Assembly (NCBI GenBank): GCA_027339965.1
Contig: DAHWNL010000037.1
Coordinates: 1-33,263 of the forward strand
Source: Granulicella sp.
GTDB lineage: Bacteria; Acidobacteriota; Terriglobia; Terriglobales; Acidobacteriaceae
Direction: 5' to 3'
Length of the DNA stretch: 33,263 nucleotides
The notes under the pieces were generated by a model, which was given only the letters and a program-made list of their open reading frames with translations, ran no database searches and was not told the origin of the DNA. Numbering within the stretch: the stretch's first letter is position 1; every line of letters starts with the position of its first letter. Position numbers and translations under genes: made by a program. Of the stretch, positions 1-8,576 are shown piece after piece.

Positions 1-169
1 GAAAAAGCCTGGCCCAAGCTCAAGCACATCCTGCGCAAAGCCAAGGCAAGAAGCGAAGAGCTGCTCGATCAAGCCACGGGCGAGGCGCTGAAACTCATCA
101 CCCCGGAAGATGCCAGGGGATGGTTCCGGCTCTGCGCCACACATCTATCGTATTTGGCAGAATGCTCTA
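1..169 (+). mobile_element. 3' end of an IS630-family element (transposase C-terminus plus right end), cut by the window edge
   Basis: Frame 1 reads EKAWPKLKHILRKAKARSEELLDQATGEALKLITPEDARGWFRLC, matching the IS630 C-terminal pattern (IE..W.KLK..LRKA.AR....L..A...AL..IT...A.GWF..C). The segment ends ...GGCAGAATGCTCTA (reverse complement TAGAGCATT...), an IS630-like end with a TA target. Not in the ORF track. Confidence 0.75.
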
Positions 170-272
170 AAGAAGCTCTGCGCAGGGTGCTGATTTCTTG
201 ACGGCGACGATCTGTTCCTCGTGGCGGGGTTGATGGAGGCTGCGAAGGTCGTTTGCGGTTGTGTTTTAGTGT

Positions 273-298
273 CTGGAGGCCGATTTTCGGGCCTCCAG
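273..298. other. Hairpin in the IS5 end downstream of the transposase stop
   Basis: CTGGAGGCC (273-281) and GGCCTCCAG (290-298) form a perfect 9-bp stem. Confidence 0.5.
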
Positions 299-303
299 GC
301 ACA

Positions 304-1263
304 CTACTGCCCGAGCACAGCCAGGCGTTTGCGGTGGAGGTAGAGATTGACCAGGGCGAAGTTGGCGCACAGCCGGTGGTGGTTCTTGGCGATGCCGCGG
401 TATCTCACCTTGTCGAAGCCGAACACACGCTTCAGGATGCGGAACACATGTTCCACCTTGGCCCGCACGCTGGACTTGCTCCGGTTCTTCTTGCGCTGTA
501 ACTCATCCACATAGTTCTTGAACTTCGTGCGCTTGCAGGTCATGTCCTGGGCCTTCGGTGCAGCTTCTTTGATGACGTCGGTCTGGCCCTGATAGCCTCC
601 ATCACCCCACACTTTGCGCTCCTCGCCATGCAACAACTCCGGCAGCATGTGGCAGTCGGCCACGCTGGCCGCGCTGGTCGCCACCGAGTGGACGTGGCCC
701 TCCTTGCTGTCCACGCCGACGTGCGCCTTCAACCCGAAGTACCACTGGTTTCCTTTCCGGGTCTGATGCATCTCCGGGTCGCGCTCGCCGCTTGCGTTCT
801 TGGTCGACGAAGGCGCATGGAGAATGGTCGCATCGACGATCGTGCCGGTCGCGATCTTGATGCCCCTGGCCTCCAGATGCACGTTCACCGCCTCCAGCAT
901 CAACCCACCCAGATCGTGCTTCTCCAGCAGATGACGGAAGCGCAGGATCGTCGTTTCGTCCGGTGCCGGGGCCATGCCAAGATCGACGCCCACGAACCGC
1001 CGCAGCGCCGCCGACTCGTACATCGCCTCTTCCACACCAGGGTCCGACAGGTTGAACCACTGCTGCACGAAGTAGGTCCGCAGCATGATCGACAATCCCA
1101 CCGGCTGCCGCCCCTTGCCCGCCTTCGCATAGTGCGGACGCACCAGCGCCTCCAGCGCTGACCACGGAACGATCTGCTCCATCTCGTCCAGAAATACCTC
1201 GCGACGACTCTTACGCCCGTACTTCTCGAACACACCCTGACTCGCCAGACTCCGCTGCTTCAT
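304..1263 (-). CDS. IS5-family DDE transposase
   Basis: Motifs QQWFNLSDPGVEEA, PDETTILRFRHLLE, IVDATI, KGNQWYFGLKAHVGVD, WGDGGYQG, RAKVEHVFR. ATG at 1263 has a GGAG/GAGG RBS. Confidence 0.95.
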   Translation of the reverse strand: MKQRSLASQGVFEKYGRKSRREVFLDEMEQIVPWSALEALVRPHYAKAGKGRQPVGLSIMLRTYFVQQWFNLSDPGVEEAMYESAALRRFVGVDLGMAPAPDETTILRFRHLLEKHDLGGLMLEAVNVHLEARGIKIATGTIVDATILHAPSSTKNASGERDPEMHQTRKGNQWYFGLKAHVGVDSKEGHVHSVATSAASVADCHMLPELLHGEERKVWGDGGYQGQTDVIKEAAPKAQDMTCKRTKFKNYVDELQRKKNRSKSSVRAKVEHVFRILKRVFGFDKVRYRGIAKNHHRLCANFALVNLYLHRKRLAVLGQ

Positions 1264-1330
1264 CGCTCCCACCTCACTCCTATCGGATTAATCAATCAGG
1301 ACGCGGATGCAGAACTTGTGCAGAGCCTCC

Positions 1331-1792
1331 CTAAATCAACTCATCCATAACCACGGTTTTAAAGCGCTGACAACCGCCGTGGTCGCAAGTTGTTATGTCC
1401 CAGATTCCAGTCTTTCGATAGCTTACGGCGGTCATCCGCCAGTATTGTTCCGTCAAGAAGCTCACGCTTTGAACTGGATACGGCTGGACCCGCCCTCCTC
1501 TTCCGTTCCCACGAGTCTTCTCCTGGGCGCTCTGCCCAATACGCTTTACGACCAAATGATGTTCCAACTGCACTCAGGCGATCGTATTGCTCTTTATACG
1601 GATGGGATAACAGAGTGTGAGAACTCGGACGGACGAAAACTTGGCGTGGATGGTCTTTGCTTGTTGCTGCAGCAAGGAGAGCATCGAGAACTCGCAACGA
1701 TGAAGCAGGAGGTTATCAACGAACTTTCGAAGTACGCCAGCGGAACATCCTATGAGGACGATATAACCCTGCTCCTGATGGAAGTTCGCTGA
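1331..1792 (+). pseudogene. C-terminal part of a PP2C/SpoIIE (RsbU-like) Ser/Thr phosphatase, truncated by the IS insertions
   Basis: LNQ...TTAVVA...AYGGHPP...GDRIALYTDGITE...EDDITLLLM are C-terminal SpoIIE motifs. The N-terminal GGD/DVSGHG motifs are absent, and homology begins exactly at the CTAA target. Confidence 0.85.
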
Positions 1793-2816
1793 CGCGCACC
1801 CAGGCAAAGCTCTGAACAGAAAAGTTGCCGAAATGTGCCATGATCCTGCCTGTATGTTTCGCGGAAGTCGATGGCTCCATCTCCTCCCGGGTCTCGCCAA
1901 TCTCTCGTCCACCCTCATGATGGATCCGCTACACCGTCGCAAAGATCAATGCTGTTCGGAGCTCGCAGGTTGTCATCGACCCGTCATGAGAGGAATTCGG
2001 ATATTCGCTCGACTCTTCTGCGTCCTCGGCGGAAAGCGCGGAATGCCGTGACGTAAGTCTATCTCGTCGTATCCTCAAGAAACCAGATGCGTTGCCGATC
2101 CGCATGTATCTGTCACGAGTGTGGTTTCCGCACTCAGCTGCCGCTGGCTTTGAGCTGCCGTCGGCGGTCTCGGCTCATCCGATGATTGGGAGGGCGCGCG
2201 GTACACAAGCAAGCCACTGCGATTCGTCTCCGTCGCACGATGCCGGGGCAACTCCAGCTTCGCTTCTCTTCACGGAATGTCACGCGCGCTTATATCCACC
2301 CAGCTACCGGTCTCGCCCAGTATTTTGGCCAACCCTCAAGCCGCATTGGTTCGGAGCACTCTGGCAAGAGCATCGGCTTGGGTCGGAGAGAAGAAGTCAT
2401 CTGCTGGCGCGGTCAAAGGCCCGGCAGCATCACTACACCCTCTCGGCACGAGGATGCTTACCCAGCCACACCTGTGCAATCGGATTCCATCTCCCAAGCA
2501 TCAGTGGCCGCCGCCAAGGGAGCCAGGCAAAGAAGAGGTGGCGCGGCAGGCGAACTCATCCTGCAACCTGATGCTAATGGCTATATTGATGTTCCTCGAC
2601 CTGCACTATCGATATCCCACCAGTCCACCAATCGATGCACGACGATTGGCTTCACGTCGTTCTTTCATCGTTACCCCGCCCGGCGGCAGCAGCAGGGAGA
2701 TTCGTTAACAATCCTCAGCGATCAGTGCAGAATTTGTAGCTTTTTTTCGCGCTTGCCCGGCTCTACATCTAAGAGGAAGGATGTCCTAATCGAATCGCAG
2801 CCAGCAAAGATCTCAA

Positions 2817-3041
2817 ATGATACCCGCAAAACCGCAAGCAAAGCCGCACCGGACCCGCTATCCGTCCACAAATGCCAAGGGCCACACCATCTGGTATCGG
2901 AAGGCGAGCGACATCAACTCTTCGGCAATCGCGCCGTGGCACGGACTCCCGGCGGCTAGCCGCATGCCTGGCAAGCTGATTCCCGCCGTCGTCGATTATG
3001 CAAAAGGGCTTCCAACGCGATCGGTTTTGGCTATTTCGTAG
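2817..3041 (+). pseudogene. Degenerate N-terminal fragment of an alpha/beta hydrolase, paralog of 10193-11077
   Basis: The first 60 codons align without gaps to the 10193 protein with 25 identities by my count (RTRY, YRK, HGLP, LIPA..D). It then diverges and stops. Confidence 0.75.
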
Positions 3042-3115
3042 CCCCTCAAGGAATCATTTGGAGTACCGCGCCATCGGAGTATCATTTGGCTAGCTCGTTA
3101 GAAGGATATTCAGCG

Positions 3116-3859
3116 ATGACAGAGCCGCAATCCCCATCGAGAACGCTGTGTCTCGACCGCAAGCACCCACTGGCGATCCGGTGGATGCATTGGGTCAATT
3201 TCCCTGTGCTCTTCATCATGATTTGGAGCGGCTTGCTTATCTACTGGAACGATTCAGATAACGCGTATCGACACCCGCATGCGGTCTATCGAATTGGCAT
3301 AGGAAAACTCACAGTGTTTCGCCTCTTTCCCGACTGGTTTTGGAAGGCGATCAATGCTCCGTATCACGTCACACAGGGCCTTGGGCACCATTTCTTCTTC
3401 ATGTGGGTTTTCGCGGCGAACGGGATTGCCTATGTCACCTTTCTTGCCATATCTGGCGAATGGCGCTTTCTGATTCCTCAGCGCCGCAGCCTGCGTGACG
3501 CTGTACAGGTCACTCTTGTCGATCTCCATATCCGTGAAGGATTACCGCCGCAGACCAAATACAACGGAGCGCAACGCATCGCCTATACATTGGTGATTCT
3601 TATGGGAGCAGGGATGTTAATCACTGGGCTCGCCATCTACAAGCCCGTTCAGCTCCATTGGTTGACCTCAATGCTGGGCGGCTATGAGTTGGCTCGCTGG
3701 GAACACTTTTGGATCACCATGGGTTTCGTTGGCTTTTTCATCGTCCATGTGGTCCAGGTCATTTTCGCGGGTTGGAATAACTTTCGCAGCATGGTGAGCG
3801 GTTTGGAGATCAAGAGCGCAAGGGATCTCTCGGTCGAATCCGAAAGGAGGTCATGGTGA
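3116..3859 (+). CDS. Cytochrome b/b6-domain membrane protein (Ni-hydrogenase/thiosulfate reductase cytochrome b family), partner of the Mo enzyme
   Basis: HPLAIRWMHWVN, HHFFFMW, KYNGAQRIAY, ARWEHF...FIVHVVQV. Four transmembrane segments with heme-ligand His residues. ATG 3116 chosen over TTG 3086. Confidence 0.88.
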   Translation: MTEPQSPSRTLCLDRKHPLAIRWMHWVNFPVLFIMIWSGLLIYWNDSDNAYRHPHAVYRIGIGKLTVFRLFPDWFWKAINAPYHVTQGLGHHFFFMWVFAANGIAYVTFLAISGEWRFLIPQRRSLRDAVQVTLVDLHIREGLPPQTKYNGAQRIAYTLVILMGAGMLITGLAIYKPVQLHWLTSMLGGYELARWEHFWITMGFVGFFIVHVVQVIFAGWNNFRSMVSGLEIKSARDLSVESERRSW

Positions 3860-5160
3860 TAGAAGAGCGCGGCGAGCGCAGTCCGAAAGCCTCCGGTCCA
3901 GCAAGTGATGCGGATACAGCCGGGAAGAAACCGCCACCTGCCGCCGCGTCCGGCTCGGGGGATACGCCACTGCCTAGCGGCGCGCCGCCGGGTATGATCG
4001 AAGTTCCATTCGGCGTTGCGCGTGACGCCGCGGTTGCATCTGAGTCCAGCGAGGAAGAGTCTTCGAAGGCAAAAGCGGTATACCACGCCGACCCGCTCTG
4101 CGCGCAAACTGTCACGGATCCCGTATCGGCGGTGAACGATAAGATGGATGAGCCTCCTCCCGGCTCCGAGGCTGAAAGTGACTCCGTCCTTGCCCGGTCG
4201 CGACGCCACACGCGGCGTTCGTTTATGGCCGCGTCGTTGGCTGCGGTGGCCGGCTACAAGCTCTATCGGTGGCTTGACACTCTCCCTTCTGTAAATTGGC
4301 AACCAGAGGGTTATCGCAAGGCATTCGAGCTCAACGCTAAAATCTCTCAGGCTGTGTTTCATGATCGCGCGCTCTCCCCGACCTATTCACTCTCCAAGGC
4401 AGAAAATCTGAGAGTGAATGGAGTCTATGGACTCAAAATGATGCTCCAGCCCGCGAGCTATCGCCTGCAGCTTGTGGGTTCCTCAGCCACACCGGCTCAC
4501 CCGCAGTACGTGCCCGATGTTACGGCATGGCAATACATTTACTTTCCGGAGAAGTCGGCAGAGGACCAGGGACACGACGTGAAGACGCCTCCTGCGTCTG
4601 CTCGGACCTCAGAAAAAATGGCTCCTGCCGGCATGATTGACCAAGTCCGAAAAGATGAAGATCGCAGCGTACGGATGCCTCGCGGTAGGGAAGAGGCCGG
4701 TGAGAGTTACTCCACGCTACCGGTTGGAACTCCTGGGCTTCTTCTGCGCATGGAGGAGCTCCTCGAGCTGCCTCGTTATGAGCTCGTAACGCAGTTCAAA
4801 TGCATTGAGGGCTGGAGCCAGATCGTACATTGGGCCGGGGTCCGTATGGTCGACTTTATGGAGGCCTATCCACCGGCGACGATCGATGGCCGTGAGCCGA
4901 GGTTTGTCTATATGGAAACCCCGGATGGAGACTACTACACGGGGTACGATCTCGATGCCTGCCGTCATCCTCAAACTCTCCTCGTGACAGAAATGATGGG
5001 TGCGCCGCTGACGCAGTATCATGGCGCACCGCTTCGTCTGCACATGCCGATTAAGTATGGGTACAAACAGATCAAACGGATCGGCCTGATCAGCTATACC
5101 AACGACAAGCCGGACGATTATTGGACCAAGCTCGGTTATGACTGGTATGCAGGGTTGTGA
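3853..5160 (+). CDS. Molybdopterin-dependent oxidoreductase, sulfite oxidase/MsrP(YedY)-like family
   Basis: FKCIEGWS (Mo-ligand Cys), HWAGV, HPQTLL, HGAPLRL..P.KYGYKQIKRI, DYW...GYDWYAGL. AGGAGG RBS, and the start overlaps the upstream stop. Tat-like TRRSFM motif at residues 120-125. Confidence 0.9.
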   Translation: MVIEERGERSPKASGPASDADTAGKKPPPAAASGSGDTPLPSGAPPGMIEVPFGVARDAAVASESSEEESSKAKAVYHADPLCAQTVTDPVSAVNDKMDEPPPGSEAESDSVLARSRRHTRRSFMAASLAAVAGYKLYRWLDTLPSVNWQPEGYRKAFELNAKISQAVFHDRALSPTYSLSKAENLRVNGVYGLKMMLQPASYRLQLVGSSATPAHPQYVPDVTAWQYIYFPEKSAEDQGHDVKTPPASARTSEKMAPAGMIDQVRKDEDRSVRMPRGREEAGESYSTLPVGTPGLLLRMEELLELPRYELVTQFKCIEGWSQIVHWAGVRMVDFMEAYPPATIDGREPRFVYMETPDGDYYTGYDLDACRHPQTLLVTEMMGAPLTQYHGAPLRLHMPIKYGYKQIKRIGLISYTNDKPDDYWTKLGYDWYAGL

Positions 5161-5190
5161 AGATTGAGCTTGGAAAGGTCAGTGCAGAGG

Positions 5191-5956
5191 ATGCAACTTG
5201 AGGAATGTAGTCTGGGTAGAACTGAAGGCGTGTCAGATGCGAAGAATCTGTTTGAAGATTGTGCATGGCTGTATGAACTGTGCCGTGAATATCTGTTTCG
5301 AGACCACACTGAAAAGATTGTTCAGTCACTCTTCTCCGCTGGCTTGCTGCCCCAGCCAACGCAGATATTGGAGGTGGGCTGTGGCCGTGGCTTTTACTCC
5401 CGCCGGTTAGCGCCTCGATGTGCCAATCTACGTCTTCTCGGTGTCGATCGCTCCTCACGAATGGTCTCTTCTGCACAGCGTCGCGCCGTAGCGGACAACC
5501 TTGCGAATTGCCGGTTTCTTGTCGGCGATGCAGAGGATCTGTGCGATTTCGTGGCCCCCTCGACGCTGTTATCAGCTCCCGGCTCCTTCTTGTTGTCACC
5601 AACCCGAGGCGCGTCATCTGCCAGCTCTTTAGAGTGTGAAGCCCGGCGGGACCCTATTCCTGGCTGAGCCGACAGCCCGCATCAAGACACACCTTCCGCT
5701 CTCGGCCATGCGCCTGGTCCAAGCCCTCATGCCGCCATCTCGCCGTCTCACCGGCCCTTGGACTGCAAACATTCCTGCTTCACGTGACTTTCGCGATCTC
5801 GTCCGATCCCAACCTTGGTTTAGCTGCTTTTTTGAGAGGCTTGGCGACTATCAATGCTGCGTTTGCAAAAAAGATCCCAGCGAGCGGGAGTCGACGGAAT
5901 ACCATGCTCTTGCGGCGGTTGCAACTGCCCTTGGTGAGTTAAGGAGGGCTCGATAG
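5191..5956 (+). pseudogene. Class I SAM-dependent methyltransferase broken by two -1 frameshifts (or sequencing indels)
   Basis: Motif I ILEVGCGRG, GVDRS and GDAE lie in one frame. LDAVISSRLLLVV...FRV lies in a second frame after the C5 run at 5555-5559. KPGGTLFLAEP lies in a third frame after 5636 (GTG TGA AG, expected V-L-K). Start codon uncertain. Confidence 0.8.
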
Positions 5957-6452
5957 TGCCACATCCGATTCTCGACCCGCAATGGCCGGAAGCGTCTTTC
6001 GGTTCCACCTGCGCTTTGGCTATCATGGCGAAGGCGCCGTCTGTCTCGTTGACTCGGACTCGCCTACCCTACCGAGTGAGGCTCTTATTACCGCTATCCA
6101 GATGTTGGAGAAACAGGGCGAGCGGATCATCCTTGGACCTTCAAACGACGGGGGCTATTACCTGATAGGAATGAAGCAGCAACACCCCGAAGTATTTGTT
6201 GATATTGCTTGGAGCACTTCGGCGGTGCTTGGGGAGACCATGGCGGCCGTCGAACGCATCGGCGCTGAACTCATTACATTACCGCTCTGGTACGATGTCG
6301 ACGACGCAGCGACGCTCTCGACGCTTCAGGACGAATTGCTTCATCATCGGCTCCCACCCTTTGCTTCGCTGAATGGCTTTTCAGTCCCAAGCACCCACGC
6401 TTTTCTTCGGCGTCTGGATCTAAACTTTAACCATCTTGCACTTCCAAGTTGA
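5956..6452 (+). pseudogene. DUF2064 / TIGR04282-like transferase with an internal deletion
   Basis: AAGGAGG plus GTG 5956 gives ...CALAIMAKAP, the family N-terminal motif. This is joined out of frame directly to AVCLVDSDSPTLP...LGPSNDGGYYLIG...IAWST...WYDVDD. The KTRL motif and the middle of the protein are missing. Confidence 0.85.
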
Positions 6453-6462
6453 TCTTGCCCAC

Positions 6463-7878
6463 ATGAAATCGGCAACCTCGCGTCGAAACCGATCTCCCGG
6501 CCCATGGTTCACAAATACGCTGCTTTTCGTTCTCGGCTGTGGCCTGCTTGCCTTCACAAGACAGCTCATTGTTGAGTCTCATAGATATGTGATTGGGTTC
6601 TCAGGTGTCGCGGGGTGGTCTCTCTTGTTATTTGGACTGTCGGCAATCGCCGTTCTTTGTCTCCCAACCAATCGTCTTACCCTGCCACTGATTCTTTTGT
6701 TTGGCGTGGTCTTTCGGATGGTGACCCTTTTTCCGGCGCCATTTATGTCGTCCGATATCTATCGGTACGCCTGGGACGGTGTGGTCCAGCATGCCCACAA
6801 CTCTCCTTATCGATATATTCCGGGAGATCCGGCGCTCGCCTTCCTGCAGCACTCGCACTCCTATCTCTTCAACCACATCAATCGAAGAACGTATGCGCAC
6901 ACCATCTATCCGCCGATCGCTCAGGTGATCTTCTACGTCGTCACCGCAATCAATACATCGGTGACCTTCATGAAGTTGTCGATGATACTCTTCGAAGCGG
7001 TGACTGTTTACGCCCTGATGAGAATATTGCAGGAACTGAACCGGCGAAGAGAAGAGGTGGTACTTTACCTGTGGTGTCCGTTATTGATCTGGGAAATTGG
7101 AAGTTCTGGGCACGTAGACTCTTGCGTAATGGCGTTCATGATGCTGGCAATTCTCACTCGCATCCGTAGGAAGCCTGTCGCGACCGGCCTCTTTCTTGGC
7201 GCGGCGGTTCTTATCAAGTTCTATCCGTTGATCCTCTTGCCCGCACTCTCACAGCGCAAAGATATAAAAATGCCTGTGGCGCTCGCGACTTTGGTGGTCC
7301 TCTCATATGCATGCTATGCCAGCGCGGGAAGACTTGTGTTCGGCTTTCTCGGTGGCTATGTTCAGGAAGAAGGCATGGAGACGGGGACCCGATATTTCTT
7401 GCTTGATCTCGTGCGCCAACTCCCCGGCCTTGAACATCTGCCGGCAGGCGTCTATCTTGGCGTTGCGGCGGCTATGTTCGTGGCTCTGGCATTCTGGTGC
7501 TGGCGGCTGGCCACCGGCAGCGCCGCCGATGCCGTAACCCCCTTCTGGGGTAAGACCTTTCATCTTTCGGCGGAAACGCAGTTTCTTCCCGGGGTCCTGT
7601 TTCTCGCGTTTGGCATGATGCTTGCATTCTCCCCGCATTACCCCTGGTATGTTGCATGGCTCATTCCACTGAGCGTTCTGTTGCCGAATCTTCCGGTCTT
7701 CAGCTACACGCTTGGGTTGTTCTACCTATCAGCCACCTCTCTCGGCGCGGGCACCCTTCAGGCGCAATATCGTCTCAACTGCCTTCTCTATAGCGGCGTA
7801 GGCCTAGTTGTCCTTGCTGAACTGGCGTTTCGCATCTGGCGGCATCGCAGATCGGATCCTCCCGAGGCTGTCGCGTGA
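6463..7878 (+). CDS. GT-C fold membrane glycosyltransferase (GT87/DUF2029-like)
   Basis: Polytopic membrane protein with SSDIYRYAWDG, NSPYRY.P, TIYPP, W.PL..WE...SGHVD, IKFYP, PHYPWY. Confidence 0.85.
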   Translation: MKSATSRRNRSPGPWFTNTLLFVLGCGLLAFTRQLIVESHRYVIGFSGVAGWSLLLFGLSAIAVLCLPTNRLTLPLILLFGVVFRMVTLFPAPFMSSDIYRYAWDGVVQHAHNSPYRYIPGDPALAFLQHSHSYLFNHINRRTYAHTIYPPIAQVIFYVVTAINTSVTFMKLSMILFEAVTVYALMRILQELNRRREEVVLYLWCPLLIWEIGSSGHVDSCVMAFMMLAILTRIRRKPVATGLFLGAAVLIKFYPLILLPALSQRKDIKMPVALATLVVLSYACYASAGRLVFGFLGGYVQEEGMETGTRYFLLDLVRQLPGLEHLPAGVYLGVAAAMFVALAFWCWRLATGSAADAVTPFWGKTFHLSAETQFLPGVLFLAFGMMLAFSPHYPWYVAWLIPLSVLLPNLPVFSYTLGLFYLSATSLGAGTLQAQYRLNCLLYSGVGLVVLAELAFRIWRHRRSDPPEAVA

Positions 7879-8576
7879 CCGAATCAGGCATCTCTGTCAT
7901 CATCCCCGCTCTGAATGAGTGCGAGTCGATCGGACAGGTCGTCGCCTCACTGCCTTGGTCAATGATCGCCGAGTGCATCGTGGTTGATAACGGATCCACG
8001 GATGGTACAGATAGGGTTGCGAAGCAAGCTGGAGCTAGAATCGTCTATGCTTCACGGGGATACGGCTCGGCATGTAAAGCGGGGGCAGACGCTGCGCTCC
8101 CAACCAGCAGTATTCTCGTGTTTCTCGACGGGGACGGTAGCGACGCTATTGAAGAGCTTCCCAACCTTGTCGAGCCCATTGAAGCTGACCGCGCGGACTT
8201 CGTTGTCGGATCACGCATTCTCGGAAAGGCTGACCCGGGCTCCATGCTGGGTAGCCAGATCTTTGCGGCTCACTTTGTCGGGGCCCTCATTCGCATCCTT
8301 CAGGGAGTCCGTTACACCGACATGGGGCCATTTCGTGCAATTCGAAGATCGAGCCTTCAGCAGTTGAGGATGTCCGAGATGACCTATGGCTGGAATATTG
8401 AGATGCAGATCCGCTCCGCACAGGATGGGTTGCGCATTCAAGAGATTCCTGTGAACTACCGTTGTCGTATCGGAGGCAAAAGCAAAGTTTCCGGAAACAT
8501 GTTCGCCTCCGCGAAGGCGGCAGTTCGGATCCTCGGCGTTGTATTCCGTATCGGGGCTTCACGTAAGCGAAGTTGA
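7875..8576 (+). CDS. Glycosyltransferase family 2 (DPM1/polyprenyl-phosphate glycosyltransferase-like)
   Basis: VIIPALNE, VVDNGSTDGT, RGYGSAC, FLDGDGSD, TDMGPFRAIRR, YGWNIEMQ, GKSKVSG. GTGA overlap with the upstream stop. Confidence 0.92.
   Translation: MTESGISVIIPALNECESIGQVVASLPWSMIAECIVVDNGSTDGTDRVAKQAGARIVYASRGYGSACKAGADAALPTSSILVFLDGDGSDAIEELPNLVEPIEADRADFVVGSRILGKADPGSMLGSQIFAAHFVGALIRILQGVRYTDMGPFRAIRRSSLQQLRMSEMTYGWNIEMQIRSAQDGLRIQEIPVNYRCRIGGKSKVSGNMFASAKAAVRILGVVFRIGASRKRS

Larger units (their letters stand above)
171..1330 (-). mobile_element. Complete IS5-family insertion sequence, 1160 bp
   Basis: Imperfect terminal inverted repeats: AGAAGCTCTGCGCAGG (171-186) versus the reverse complement of 1315-1330, GGAGGCTCTGCACAAG (12/16 match). 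Flanked by 4-bp direct repeat CTAA (167-170 and 1331-1334), which fits the IS5 YTAR target. Encloses the transposase. Confidence 0.93.

Noticed and set aside
1833..2959. Overlapping ORFs of 61-257 aa on the + strand
   Set aside because: No recognisable motifs, RBS or codon bias, and several frames are open at once. Apart from the hydrolase relic at 2817 this is probably decayed DNA that I cannot assign.
5191..8576. Arsenosugar biosynthesis locus
   Set aside because: No radical SAM (ArsS) gene and no ars resistance genes are present, the MTase is not recognisably ArsM, and the GT2 is DPM1-like rather than TIGR04283-type
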